DNA from: Octopus sinensis
Taxonomy: Eukaryota
Direction: 5' to 3'
Length of the DNA stretch: 64,000 nucleotides
Assembly: GCF_006345805.1 (NCBI RefSeq)
Contig: NC_043016.1
Span: 2,108,001-2,172,000, forward strand
A program made the position numbers and the translations under genes. Each line of letters begins with the position of its first letter. Position 1 is the stretch's first letter. Shown here one piece after another: positions 12,180 to 32,460 of this stretch. Below the pieces are notes generated by a model. That model did no database searches. It was not told the origin of the DNA and was given only the letters and a program-made list of their open reading frames with translations.

Positions 12180-13106
12180 AATCAAGCTCAACAGTTTAGA
12201 AATAAGGTGCACAGTTGAAATTCACAATGCAGCCTTCACCATCAAACTCTGGATTATAAACCGTCAAGAACTTCAAAAAATCATGTCTGTCTATTGAGTC
12301 AAAACTTTGATGCAATTTAAAAAGCGAATATTTCCTTCTGATAGTAATGGCACCTTATATGCAATGATTACGACTCCAGACGAATCGACAACGGAGGTAT
12401 TCTTCAACCACAATGTTATTAATTAACGCACAAGTGATTGTGCAAAAAATAATGTCTGGGTCAACAGCATCATCCAGCTCTTTCATGTACTTCCAGAATA
12501 TATTCTTCGCTACAAGTCAACAGATACAGATGTAGATCATAAAGAAATAGTTCACTATCTTGTGGAATTCAAAAATTGATTGGAACCTGACTGTCTACTG
12601 CTATTGAAACTTATGATAAAACTTTTTTATATCAATTGCGGTTATGTAATGTCACAAGACTAATGGTTAAAACATTTTACACATGCGGAGTGAAATTCTT
12701 TTTGATTTACGGGATTTTAGTTTTCAGAACAGCTATGCTTTGCTATGCCAAACAAGAAATCCAGATGGTAAATATTGATAAGCTACCATACTGCATGCTA
12801 AGGAATACTACTCTGCTAATGACAAAGTTACTGAAAAGATAGAAGCCTCTATTGGTAAAACCGAAAACATTGTATATTCTGAAGTGCTGACATGACAATG
12901 TTCAGAGTTGCCGGGCATATGATGAGTATAGATCAAATAACAAATAAACTGGGGCTCACCCAAAATTCTTAGATATCATATCCGTTTGACTGTTTGTATT
13001 GCAGTGCCAATACTTAAATTTGTGTGTCATCTCGGTGCACTCCTGTTACCACTCCTCATAAGAATAATCTTATTTCTATGGGTGGTTTACCCCACCGACT
13101 TTCTAG
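12180..13106 (+). mobile_element. Helitron relic (PIF1-like helicase C-terminal region and 3' terminus)
   Basis: Broken frames give YKSTDTDVDHKEIVHYLVEFKN*LEPD, LCNVTRLMVK and terminal GKTENIVYSEVLT* at ~12854-12895. Hairpin ggtgg...ccacc at 13081-13096 is followed by CTAG (13103-13106) then T. Confidence 0.7.
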
Positions 13107-14769
13107 TTTCTATTTATTGTTCAAATCATTTTTAAAATTCAAATTATTATAAGAATTTAAAGAATGAAAGCAAGAGAATTATAGTATGCTTTATAATAGC
13201 TTAAAATGAAATAAAACTGTATTCACATTCACTTAATACTGCTTTCGTATTTAATGATTACATAATTATGTTATTTACACTATTAAATTATGAAATTTAC
13301 TATAAATATTTGTATATGTTATACAGTACCTTAGACAGTATGCTACAGATAAATACAGACTCGGGGCTGCTATAAACGTTCAGGAAAACAATTTCATTTC
13401 TTTCATAAATGATAACTTTCCAAAACAAATTTGTGTTCCATTAAACTAAATATGGCTTCATTAAGAGCAATGTATGCTTAGGCATGCTACTTTTGTGGGT
13501 TACATTTATGGATTGCATTTATTGTTAACACATCGTGTGTTACTGAATACTGAAACATGCGTGACCGATGAAATAAAGAAATACTGAGTTCAAGTCGTGT
13601 TCTTTTCTCTCATTATCGAAGTGCTTTTTGTATTACGTGCTCTTATAGCGCACCTCTGGTTACGCAAGACCCCTTGCGAACACGCAACTGTGATAAACAA
13701 TAAAAGCCGAAGCCTGGAATAATTGTATATATGTATCATTGGATGCCGAACGCATCAAATCATACCCCACACGCACACACAAACAAACAAACTAATAAGC
13801 AAACATTATTCGTACATATACGTACATATATGCGTTGCCATTCAGTGTCACACTAAACTCACAAAAATGCTTGACTAGGAAACTTTGTAAGATCGACTTG
13901 GTCAGTGAAGCGAATCAGATAGTCAGTGACAAAGAAATGAAGCGGTGATCTCAAATAAATAGAAAAAACAGGTATGTTATTGTACACAGCTAGGGCGTGG
14001 TAGGCATTGACCTAATGCTAAATATAAATTAGGAGGTGACGTACTGAAAAGAGAAGGCAAAAAAATTCACTTAATAAAATTCTTTCTCTTTCGCAGACAA
14101 TGAAGCAAAAATGAATCGATTCAGAGAAGACGTTGATGAGTTTGCAAATGGCACCGAAAGGACATTGACGAACCTAGCTGATTGACTGATTGATTGACCG
14201 AACAATTGAATTAATCAAAAAAATGGACCTGTTAATTGATTAAATGCTTAACTAGACGAGTTAATAATGAAATATAGAGAAATAGAACAAGTGCATGTGT
14301 TTATTATTATTATTGGGCCCTGCCGAAACACAGCAAAATATGCTTCAACACACGAATTCACATCAAATCTTACAAAACAAATACAAATACGAAATTATCA
14401 TTAGTTCTTAGTTACATCTGGCAAAGGAAAACAGGGGAGATAATTTCATGAAATTGAGCATTATTTTCTCGAATTAATTTATGTATTTTGACAGAGAATT
14501 TTTATTGTATTTTAGAGAAGATTAATGATTTTTAATGCGCTTAGATTAATAAACAACTCTTAACAGAGACAATTGACAGAGAATGTTGGAGATGTACATC
14601 ATTCAGGACTTTAGTTAACTAAGATCGCAACATTGTTTTTCCACATCAGCGCGCACACATATACACATTCACACATACACACACACATTCACATACACTC
14701 ATACACATGCGCACACACACTGTAAGCATGGTTTTAGGGAATGTCGCTATTTAACTAGATCATATTAGA

Positions 14770-14794
14770 TCAGTAGTAGTAGTAGTAGTAGTAA

Positions 14795-14833
<39 letters not shown>

Positions 14834-14897
14834 CAGCAGCAGAGTAGTAGTAGTAGTAGTAGTAGTAGTATAGTAGTAGTAGCAGCAGCAGCAGCAG

Positions 14898-14948
<51 letters not shown>

Positions 14949-15036
14949 CAGCAGCAGTAGTAGTAAGCAAATAAAAGACAGCATATGTTTAAACTGACTT
15001 CCTTTTCTCCCAATTGTGTAAAATCAGAAATAGTAA

Positions 15037-15075
<39 letters not shown>

Positions 15076-15076
15076 C

Positions 15077-15140
<64 letters not shown>

Positions 15141-15160
15141 TAACAACAATAATAATAATG
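14770..15160. repeat. (GTA)n/(GCA)n and (AAT)n microsatellites
   Basis: Direct inspection. Confidence 0.95.
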
Positions 15161-15399
15161 TCAGTTAATTACAGCATACCGTAACGCCCTCTACCAAAAA
15201 TATTCATGTAGTAGAACGCGCGTTATTGTGTTCCGATAGAGCAAGGCATTATATTCCCAACAAAGGGTTCTTGAATATTATACAGAAGTGCTAGATTGTG
15301 GCATCACCAGTTACTCATGTCTAAATTATGGACCCAAAACAAAAAAAAATTTAAATTAAAAACTATAAGATGAAAAAAAAAGTAATTTTATTTTACTTT

Positions 15400-15407
15400 T
15401 TATATTA

Positions 15408-15452
<45 letters not shown>

Positions 15453-15595
15453 GTTTATATATTTTTTATTTATTTATTTTTCATTTTTCCATTCAGGCAA
15501 TTACTACCAGCATCACCATTCCGCCATATACAAAGACTTAAAGTCCAACAACTGTATTGAAGTCGCCAATATATTTTGATAATATCATTACTACA

Positions 15596-15669
<74 letters not shown>

Positions 15670-15750
15670 AGAAGAAGAAATGCGCAAAATGAATCATTTT
15701 CACTGATACATATGAGTGTGTAATCACGCATGCACACACGCACATACATA

Positions 15751-15798
<48 letters not shown>

Positions 15799-16193
15799 AT
15801 ATATATATATATACATATACATATATATGCATATATATATTCATACACACACATCCATACGTACACATATGCATATATAGGAATATATATACATGTATAC
15901 ATTATACGTATATATGTATATATGAGTGTATGTATGTGTAAATAAATATATATATGTATATATATATATATATATGCATAAAAACATACATATACATGCA
16001 CAGAATACATATATATATGTGTGTGTGTATGTGTGTATGTGTACATGTGTGTGTGTATGTATACAGACATATGTATACACTTGAGCACCCACTAAAATCA
16101 AGAAAAACCGCTACTAATACCAATACTATTTTTATCAATAGAGGAACGAAAAGAGAGAACAAATCTATAAAAAAAATAAAATCCACCCACCTC

Positions 16194-16244
<51 letters not shown>

Positions 16245-16860
16245 CATTTCCTGTTTTAGACACCAATGTCATAATCAATTATAAAGCCTGCTATTGCTTG
16301 TGTTGTCTGGTCGTTGTTAATGCTCTGATAATAACGATACTATAGCACTGATGACAATGATGATGATGAAGATGAAGGTGGCGATGATGATGATGATGAG
16401 GAGGAGGAGGAAATGGGTGGTGGTGGTAGTGGTAGTTGTGGTGGTGGTGGTGGTGGTGGTGGTGGTGGTGGTGGTGGTGGTGGTGGTGGTAATTGTGGTG
16501 ATGGTGGACATGATGATAATGGTGATGATGACAAAGGTGATAAAGAGGAAGGATGTGCAATGTTAATTGTGTTGTTGATGACTGCGATGAGCTTGATAGC
16601 ACTGATGATGGTGATAATGACATGAATGATGATCATCATTATAATCATCATCATAATCATCATCATGACATGGATCATAACGATGATGATGATGATGATT
16701 ACGATGATGATGACCGGAGATGAGTGAGGGCATTATTATTGTAAAAAGATAATAATGACAATACTAACACAACTGCTACAACTACCAATAAAAATAATAA
16801 TGATTATCATCATCATCATCAACGTCATTGCCATTATTATTGTAGTTGTTGTTGTTATTA
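15400..16860. repeat. Compound microsatellite block: (ATT)n, (AAT)n, (CA/TA)n, (GAT)/(GGT)/(CAT)n
   Basis: Direct inspection; source of the poly-H/G/V/M ORFs. Confidence 0.9.
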
Positions 16861-17330
16861 TCATTGAATTGTTTACTGTAACGGAGAACCGGGAAAGAAT
16901 AAATAGAAACAAAAAATAAAGAAATTGAGGAGGGACTAAATTTTATTAATATAGTGGAGTCAAAACTGGGAAATGTTTATTGAACGAAAACGAAGTCATG
17001 AGGAAAATATGATATGAATGGAAAAAAATGAAAAACCTGCAAAACAAGAATAATAATAATTTAGAAGATAAAAAGAAGATATTAATTTGAAAAAAAGATG
17101 ATTATGAAGTTTGTTCCAGAAAATATTTGAATATGATGAACTTTCAGTTTTTTAACACAAAACCTAAATATGAACAGATACGGATGTGGAGATGAGAAAG
17201 CTTGTAAGATAATCGCGTTTCTGGTTTCCATACTAGTCCGCAAAACCTTGTTCAAAGATCTAATATAAACGCAGGTTGTAAATATAAATTTAGTAGGTGA
17301 AAACAGAAGTATATACGTGTGTGTGTATGT

Positions 17331-17389
<59 letters not shown>

Positions 17390-17420
17390 ATATATACGCA
17401 CACACACACACACACAAACA

Positions 17421-18720
17421 CTGGAAAAGTACCCCGAAGTACTTCCGAAATGCACAAACTAGATTTTTATAATTGAAACATTCAAATTTATACTTCAGAG
17501 CAATTACTTCGTATTTGATGATACCTACTATCGTCAATAATGCGGAATTGCGATAGGAATGAAAGCAGCCCCTGTTCTTGCCAACATAATAATGGGATAT
17601 TTTGAATTCACCTTATATGAAGTTTCACTACAAAAATATGGATATCTATTTCACCAGTATATTAGAGAGAACTAGAAAAGATATCTGGATGACTGCATTA
17701 TCGTTTGGAAGGAGACCGTTGATAGACTTTTGGAATTTAAATGAAAACTAAATTATATAAACCCTAACATTCAATTTACAATGGAATAAAGCAAAGAACA
17801 GTTCCCTTTCTTAGATATCAGGATAAAAATATTCAACAACCGTATTGTAACTGACATTTATCATAAACCAACGGACTCGAAACAACATCTGTTTAGCTCA
17901 TGCCACCTGAAACACATCAAAAGAAATATCCCCTTTAATTTGGCAAAAAGGATTTGCACAACAGTGCCTGATGGAAATAACGGGACCTTCGTCTTCAAGA
18001 CTTCAGAACAACACTAACTGGAAGACAAAATCCACGCACACTTATAAACGATGGAATTAAGCGTGTCAAGAAATTAGGCATTAAAACACTAAGCGAAACG
18101 AAACGTAACGCCACACCTCAAAGGACTACCGTATATATCAACGCACAACCCTAGAAACAATGAGGCATACAATACTATTGTACAAAATCTACCTTTGCTC
18201 ACTAAGGATCCAAAAATGAATATTCTGAAAACACATAAATTCGTCAAATGCAAAAAGCAACACAAATCGCTAAAAACACTCTGACAAATGCGAAGCTTTA
18301 CACAACCAAGAAACCAACGGTTAAAAAATATGGACGCCCAAACTGTGGAACATGACCCAACCTACTCGAAATTTCTATTCAAACAAGTAGTGAGGTTCAC
18401 AATTAAAACCAACTTCACTTGTGCATCCTAGAATCTAATTTATGTTATAACTTGTTCAGGTTGTGGACATAACTATATAGGATAAACAAGTATGAGACTA
18501 AGACAGAGAAGCACACTACATAAGGAATAGATCCCTTTCCGCAATACAGACAGATTCCTTTGAGTGAGCATATAGAGAGTCGTGCAGGTAATGTCCGACC
18601 AAACTTCCCAGTTTTCCCCATCTACCAGGGCAAAGAAACAATTTCTGTACAAGAACACTTAAATAAAGAAAATTTATGTAGCGAAAAATATAGAACACGC
18701 CTGAATACGAACGCATAACC
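17421..18720 (+). mobile_element. Penelope-like retroelement relic (RT plus GIY-YIG), many stops
   Basis: Homologous to the 6-8 kb PLE: LEKYPEVLP, YYRQ*CGIAIGMKAAP, RYLDDCIIVW, YHKPTDSKQHL, IYVITCSGCGHNYIG. Confidence 0.88.
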
Positions 18721-18804
18721 AACTTTGCTCTTAGTGTGTATTTTAATTCATGATCACATATACATATTTCATCTCATTACTTTAGCTTTTGAGTTTATGT
18801 GTGT

Positions 18805-18807
<3 letters not shown>

Positions 18808-18870
<63 letters not shown>

Positions 18871-18875
18871 CAGAC

Positions 18876-18970
<95 letters not shown>

Positions 18971-18975
18971 CAGAC

Positions 18976-19068
<93 letters not shown>
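18808..19068. repeat. (GATA)n microsatellite at the 3' end of Tx1 copy A
   Basis: Direct inspection. Confidence 0.97.
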
Positions 19069-19069
<1 letters not shown>

Positions 19070-20932
19070 AGTTTCTTTATTAGCTACACAGGGCCGAACA
19101 AAGAGGGGACAAAATACAACGTAGAGTTTTTCTTTTCGGAAAAAAAAGAGCGAAAAAAAAAGGGATCGTGTATCACAGAAAAATTTTAAAGTGTAAAAAG
19201 CAAGATTAGGTTTATGGAAAAGACCACGCAACCTCAGGCAGGGAGGGAATAAACACATGAGAGCAAAATGCTCTCTCTCTCTCTCTTTTACGATTTACAG
19301 GATCATGCTCAAAGTGGTTTCGTCACTTGCACGCACCATCTTTGCTACATCCACCCACCTTTTATTGAAACTTTTTACTAGACAAAACCTGCCTCTCCAT
19401 TCTCACCTTCCTTGTCAAGTGGTACCTGAAAAAGTTGATGAGCGATTGGCCAGAGAGGTAAGAGTTTGTCTCTAAACCTTTCGCTCGAGTCCACCACACA
19501 CATTCTTTCACCACTGCCAGCAGTACGATGAAGACTGCCTTGCCTTCCCGGTTGAGGGAAGATGGCTCATCCCACACGTGACAGCAGGCGTTCGGCATAA
19601 GCCCACAGGTCGGAAATTGTTGGACACTGCACGAGTGCGTGCAGAACGGTTTCGTCGCTCTGACCGCATCTCGGGCAAGTCGGTCCAGTGTGTCTCCAAC
19701 CGTGCCTGTAGAGTTTATCCTGAACGGGCAATGCTTCTCGATAGCATTACCAGACCAGGGATCTCTGGTGATTGTCCATAGGTCCCATCCCGAAAGTTGT
19801 CCTGGACAGACGAGTCAGGTGTTCCTCGTCGACGCCCAGATTCTGCCCGAGAATGTCGTCGCACCTCCTTTCCAGTCGCACGAGTTCGGTCCCAGACGGC
19901 AGAGTTGCTTGACAGCAAGGCGGCACTAGCTAGTGCCATTCGCCCAGCCTCGGTCTCTGATCCACGACTGCAGTTCGGCCAAAGAGACGAACTGCGAGAA
20001 AGCACATCGCACAAACGGAGACCATACCTGTTCACTGTATTCTATGAAGCGCCAGAGATGTTGCAGTCTCAGCGCATGTCTGCGCATCATCATCCACGGA
20101 ATGCCTAGCCCTCAATTTAGCGGGTGTTGACAGCAAATGGATCGCCTAACCATCGGAACCACAGGAAGCGGAAGAGTATGCGTTCCAGTTTGGTGATGGT
20201 AGGGTCGGTATAAGGCACGACGGTCAGGCGGTACTCGATGACGGATCCGATGTACGCGTTCGCCACCTCCACCCGACCTTTTAGGGATAGCTTCCTCTCA
20301 GCCTATTGCTGGGTGAGAGTGGCCACCTTAGTCCTTATCTCGCACCAGTTCTTCTCCATTTGGAGGTCCGGACCAAACCAGACTCCGAGCAATTTAACCG
20401 GTCTGTCGATCTAGCATCCCACGATAGCAGCACTGTTGAAATGCATGGGCTTGCTTCTCCAGGTGCCGAGCCGTTAAATTTTGCTCCCGTTACCGCTTCG
20501 TATTATTTTAGTGTCTCGCCGACCAGGTCGATTTGCTTGTGGCTCCACACTATGACAGTGTCGTCGTCCGCGTAGGCAGACACGCTCCTACCGCATCCAA
20601 GATCTCGTGGGATACCCCTCAGCGTCACCAGCTTCCGCAGTAGTGACTCAAGAGTCAATACGTACAGAAGTGACGAGAGCGGCCATCCTTGACGAACCGA
20701 ACACGTGATGTTAAATGGTCTGGACAGATAACCATTTACGCGACAGAACGGATACCGATGTATAAGGCAGCGATCATCCACAGATGGGACCGAAATCAAC
20801 CGCTCTAAGAATAGCCTCCAAGTAGTGATGGTCTACTCTTTCGAAAGCTTTTGATTGATCTAAATTGATCAGCGCCACCCCCATGACAGGTTCCTTAACT
20901 ACGCTGTCTATGATGTAGCGCATCAGATGGAG
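19069..20932 (-). mobile_element. Tx1/L1-clade LINE copy A (5'-truncated within RT)
   Basis: RT motifs LDQSKAFERVDH, VRQGWPLSSLLY and SAYADDD; C-terminal zinc-finger region; 3' UTR ending aataaagaaac directly before (TATC)n. Confidence 0.9.
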
Positions 20933-20936
20933 ATAT

Positions 20937-22478
20937 GTTTCTTTATTAGCCACACAGGGCTGCACACAGATAGAACAAATTACAAGGTAGAGCTTTTCTT
21001 TTGAAGGTAAAAAAAATAATAAATAAAAATAAAAATAAAAAAAGGGGGAGTCGATCAAAAGGGATCGTAAAAGGAGAGAGAGAGGACAAAAAAAGGGGGG
21101 GGTTAAAAAAAAAGGGGGAGAGGAAAAAAAATTGATCAATAGGGATCGTTATCACAGAAATGTCAATATGAAGTGTAAAGGGGAGGACAGGTGAGGTTTA
21201 CCCGTGGAAAGAAAAGCCTACGGAAAAGACCACGGTAACCTCGGTCAATAAAGTCACATGTTTATTTCTTTTTTTTTTTTTTTTGCAAATAAGCAACTCT
21301 CTGTATTAATTTTTACGGTTCATAGAATCATAGTCAAGGTGGCTTCGTCATTCATACGTGCCATCCTTGCTACATTCACCCATCTTTTTTTAAAACATTC
21401 ACTAGACAAAACTTGCCTCTCTACTCTCACTTTTTTCTTCAAGTGATACTTGAAGAAGTTGATGAGAGATTGACCAGAGAGGAAAGTGTTTGTCTCTAAT
21501 CCTTTCAGGCGCGTCCACCAGAAACATTCTTTCGCCATAGCCACAAGTATGATAAAAATAGCTCTTCCTTCCCGTTTGAAGGAAGGAGGCGTGACGATAT
21601 TAACGATAGACTCGGCTGATAAACCGACACGGCCCACACGTGACAGCAGTCGTTCGACATAAGCCCACAGGTGGGAAATTGCTGGACACTGCACGATTGC
21701 GTGCAGAGCGGTTTCGTCGCTCTGCCCGCATCTCGGGCAGGTCGGCCCCGTGTTTCTCGAGCCATGCCTATAGAGCTTATCCCGAACGGGTAGCGCTTCT
21801 CGGTAGCACCGCCAGGCCAGGGATCTCTGTAAGTTGTCCATAGGTCCCGGGCCGAAAGTCGTTTGAAACAGGCGGGTCAGGTATTCCTCGTCGACGCCCA
21901 GGTTTGCCCCGAGCTCGTCGTCGTACCTCCCCTCCACTAATCCCCTATAGAATGCTTTGGTTGTGATGAAGTCACTCGAGGTCGACCCGGGACGGCAGAG
22001 TTACTTGAGAGCAACGCGACACTCGCGGTGCCATTCGCCCTTCCTCGGCCTCTTTTTGATCCACGACTGTAGTTCGGTCATGGAGACGAGTTGCGGGAAA
22101 ACGTGCCTCACAAACGGCGACCACACCTGTTCACCGTCGTCTACATAGAGCCGGAGATGTCGCAGTCTCAGCGCGTGTCTGCGCATCATCAACCACGGCA
22201 TGCCCAGCCCTCCTTTTAACGGGTGTTGACAGCAAATGGATCGCCTGACCATCGGGACGCATCCTTTCCACAAGAAGCGGAAGAGGATGCGTTCTAGTTT
22301 GGTGATGGTAGGGTCGGGACAAGGTACGACGGTCACGCGGTAGGAGATGATGGACGCGATATACGCGTTCACCACCTCCGCCCGACCTTTTAGGGACAGT
22401 TTCCTCTCGGCCCATTGCTGACCACCCTACTCGTTATCTCGTTCCAGTTCTTCTCCATTTGGAGGTCCGGACCGAACC
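20937..22478 (-). mobile_element. Tx1/L1-clade LINE copy B (5'-truncated)
   Basis: ORFs 22001-22375 and 21320-21937 (LAWRCYREALPVRDKLYRHG, CPRCGQSDETALHAIVQCP); 3' end aataaagaaac. Confidence 0.9.
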
Positions 22479-22482
22479 TGGA

Positions 22483-28616
<6,134 letters not shown>

Positions 28617-28617
28617 A

Positions 28618-28837
28618 ATAGATAGATAGATAGATAGATAGATAGATTGATAGATAGATAGATAGATAGATCAGTTTATTAGCCACACAGAGCTGCACAC
28701 AGACGGGACAGATTACGAAGTACAGCTTTCCTTTTTTGGGGAGAAAGAAAAAAAGTGGAGTAGGTTTTCGATCAAAAGGGATCGTAAAAGGGAAAGAAAA
28801 AAGTAAAAAAAGAAAAAAAGCGATCAATAGGATCGTG

Positions 28838-28921
<84 letters not shown>

Positions 28922-28951
28922 GATAGATAGATAAATAGATAGATAGATAGA
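28618..28951. repeat. Two (GATA)n tracts enclosing a ~165-bp Tx1 3'-UTR stub (copy D, 28672-28837)
   Basis: Stub begins tttattagccacacagagctgcacacag, homologous to the 3' ends of A, B, C and E. Confidence 0.85.
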
Positions 28952-31900
28952 TTTCTTTACTGGCCACACAGAGCTAGACAGAGGGGACAATTACAATGTA
29001 GAGTTTTTCTTTTCGATGGGGCGAAAACAAAGTAAAAAAAAACAAAAATAGGGACAACGATCAAAATGGATCGAAATCATAAGGAATATATGCCAAAAAG
29101 TCTCGAAACAGTAAAAAAAGTTCCCAGGAAATGCGGAGGTTTATCTGTGGAAAGAAAAACCTACGAAAAGACCAAAGTAACCTCGGGCAATTACGTCACA
29201 TATTAACATTTATTTACAAATAAGTAACTCTCTGTATTAATTTTTTTTACGGTTCATAGGATCATGCTCAAGGTGGCTTCATCATTCATTCATTCGTGCC
29301 ATCCTTGCTACATTTACCCATCTGCTTTAGAAACACTCGCTAAACAAAACTTGCCTCTTGAAAAGTTGATGAGAGATTGACCAGAGACGAAATTGTTTGT
29401 CTCTAATCCACCAGATACATTCTTTCTAAATAGCTACAAGTATTATGAAAATAGCTCTTCCTTCCCGTTTGAGGGAAGGAGATGTGACGATATTGACGAT
29501 AGACTCGGCTGATAAACCGACTCATCCCACACGTGACAGCAGTCGTTCTACATATGCCCACAGGTCGGAAATGGTTGGACACTGCACGAGTGCGTGGAGA
29601 ACGGTTTCGTCGCTCTGACCGCATCTCGGGCAGGTCAGCCCCGTGTCTGTAGAGTTTATCCCGAATGGGTAGCACTTCTCGGTAGCACTGCCAGGCCAGG
29701 GATCTCTGGCCCGAAAGTCGTCCTAAGCAGGCGTGCCAGGTATTCCTCGTCGACATCCAGGTTCGCCCCGAGTTCGTCGTCGTACCCCGCCTCCACTAAT
29801 CCCCTATAGAATGCTTTGGTTGTGTTGAAGTCACTCATGGTCGACTCGGAACAACATAGTTGCTTGAGAGCAACGCAACACACGCGGTGCCATTCGCCCT
29901 TCCTCGGCCTCTTTTTGAAAGGATTAGAGACGAGTTGCGGGAAAGCGTACCTCACAAACGGCGACCACACCTGTTCACCGTCGTCTACGTAGAGCCTGAG
30001 ATGTCGCAGTCTCAGCGCGTGTCTGCGCATCATCAACCACGGCATGCCCAGTCCTCCTTTTAACGGGTGTTGACAGCAAATGGATCGCCTCTCTTGTCGA
30101 GAGTCGTGGCAGGTTGTGTAGGTAGGCACTGAAGTCCACCCTACGTTCTTGCCCGCAACTCGTCCCGAACAGTTGGGCAAAATGCTTTTGAAAGGCCTCA
30201 CACATTTTACTTGGCTCGAATAATTCGCGCCCTTGTTCATCTACCAGAGACCGAATGGTGGCTTGTTGCCCTGTTGCGCCTCTGCCACCCGGGTCTCTCA
30301 CGCGGCTCCAACACCTTCGTTCCTTAGAGAACGCATCCTAGCTCTGACAACACACCCTTCGTGTTTGGCCAAAACGTCGGATGCGATGCCGCTTCTAATT
30401 GCCTCTTCTAGCTTCTTAACTAGCTCACTCTCTACTCTGTTTCTATCTATGGGTAGTGCTTTGCTGTACCTAATTGATTCTGCTTTTATTGCCCTCTTGA
30501 AGGCAAGCCACCATTTGTTGTTGATGATGGCTCCCGTTAAAGCCTTCTTTACTAGTGGGCTAATCCGGTCTCTGAAGACCTGTCTCGATGGGAAAGACGC
30601 GTTTAGTTTCCAGTATCCGGGACCCTGCCTATGTGTCTTACCTACGTCTAGCGTACATGTCACACGTTTGTGATTCGTGTAGCTGACTATGTGGAATTGT
30701 GGACATCCTACGCTATCTCTATCTAATGTCCTACACAGTATCCTATCTAGATACGATCTCGACGACCCGATGCGGTTGTTCCCTGTCCTCGTTGGCACAT
30801 TCGGGTGGTCGAGTCGGTACCTGTCAGACAGTTGAAAGCGTCTGAGCAGGGCTCTGAGGCATTTGCATCCCCGTCTATTCCTATCTTTGCCCACGTAGTC
30901 TACATGTGTGTCCTAGGTAGCATTCCAATGCCCCACTAAGAATAAAGGACGAGACGTTCCCAAGAATACCTCTAGTCGTCGAAAGAAATCCACCCGACCT
31001 GTTAAAAGCGGTGCGTAGACTGCTAGGAGTCGAAAAGCACACCCATTACTGCCGTCGACATCCAGGACGACCAGTCTACCCTCCGGGTCTACGAATATTG
31101 TATTTACTTTGAGATCCAGACTCTAGCGAAAAAGTACCGCGGTGCCACTACCGCCCATTCTCGGCAGACAGGGTGGAAAATAAATGTTGAACTGTCCGCC
31201 AAACATGGTCTTTAGGGCCCGCGGATTGTGGAGTCTGGTCTCACTTATGGCTATGATTTCTAACTTGTGTGACATTATGTCATTTAAGAGGTATCCTTGT
31301 TTCCAAGGGGTCCCCAAGCCACGCACATTTACACAGCCAAGCTTGATCCTAATCCTACTGAATTAAATTACAAGCGAAAGGAACAAAGGGTTACTTACTG
31401 CTCGAAAGTTTTTGCTTTCTCCTCCTTTGGTTTGTCCTCAAGGAGATCTCAGTAAAGTTACTTCGTGAGGTATTTTTGGCATTTACCATCCGCACTGGGG
31501 AAAATGCCTTTTAGTGTATGGTGCAGACTTCTGGATATATGTAGTATTTTGATGTGATCCGGAGGTGTTGTGTATGGGTGATAGTTTGTTTTTATGTCAT
31601 CAGTTATGTTTGTTTTTGATTTGATGTATTCCATCAAATTTGTGTTTTTGGTGTGAGCATGTTTGCTGTACATATTTTTGTGTTGTTGGTGTGGCTGTTG
31701 TTTGTGGTGAGCTTCGAAATGTCTTCGGGAGGTGTATATCCCCCTGCTTTGTTTGTGTTTGTATTTGGTTTGGTTGTTTTACTGCTCTTTTTTTCCTTCC
31801 TTTTCTAGCTATTTGCCATTCCTCGCTGGTTTCGTCTTCTGACGAATTTTCTGAGGAATCAGAAGGGGGTAGGGGTATGTTGTAGGCTTCTATGTATGTC

Positions 31901-32460
31901 TGTGTAAGTGGTTGTGTTGTTGTTTTCGTTGCTGTTGATTGTTGAGTGTTTGTGTGTGGTGAGTGCGGTATAGGGGATGGGGAATAAGTTTTTGTATATT
32001 TTTTTTTGTTTTTCTGTTCCTTTAGTTCTTGCTGTTGTTGGTGATGTTGGTATTTTCTCAGGTATTTTCTCAGGTGTTGTATTATTTTTTATTGTCGATG
32101 GATTTGCTTGATGTGCTTCTCTTGTCGTCTTCGGTGTTGATGGTGGTGTAGGTAGTAGTGCTTTTTTCTCGGAGTGTTTTGGTTGTGGTAGTGGTTGTTG
32201 TTGTTGCTCTTGTTGTGCCGTGGCTGGACACTTCTTTTTCAAAAGTGTTTCGCCTCCGCACAAATAGCAACGTCGTCTCCTGCCCTCTACCACTACATAG
32301 AGTTTGTAGCCTTCTAGCATTTCTATAGTGGTTGGTATTTTTTCTCTTGTTGTTACATCCAATTGAAGAAGGAATTGGATTGATTTTCCCACCCAGTTTT
32401 TCTGTTGTAGAATAGCGATTTCAAGAATGTTTGTCTCTGCCATTTCAAAGCAGATGGCAG
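28952..32460 (-). mobile_element. Tx1/L1-clade LINE copy E (5'-truncated in ORF1, RT domain deleted)
   Basis: ORF1 piece 31859-32443 (YVVVEGRRRRCYLCGG); APE region 30300-31360 (LGCVNVRGL, AISETRL, SYLDRIL). At ~30090 pre-RT LPRLSTREA joins directly to post-RT RRSICCQ. Confidence 0.9.
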
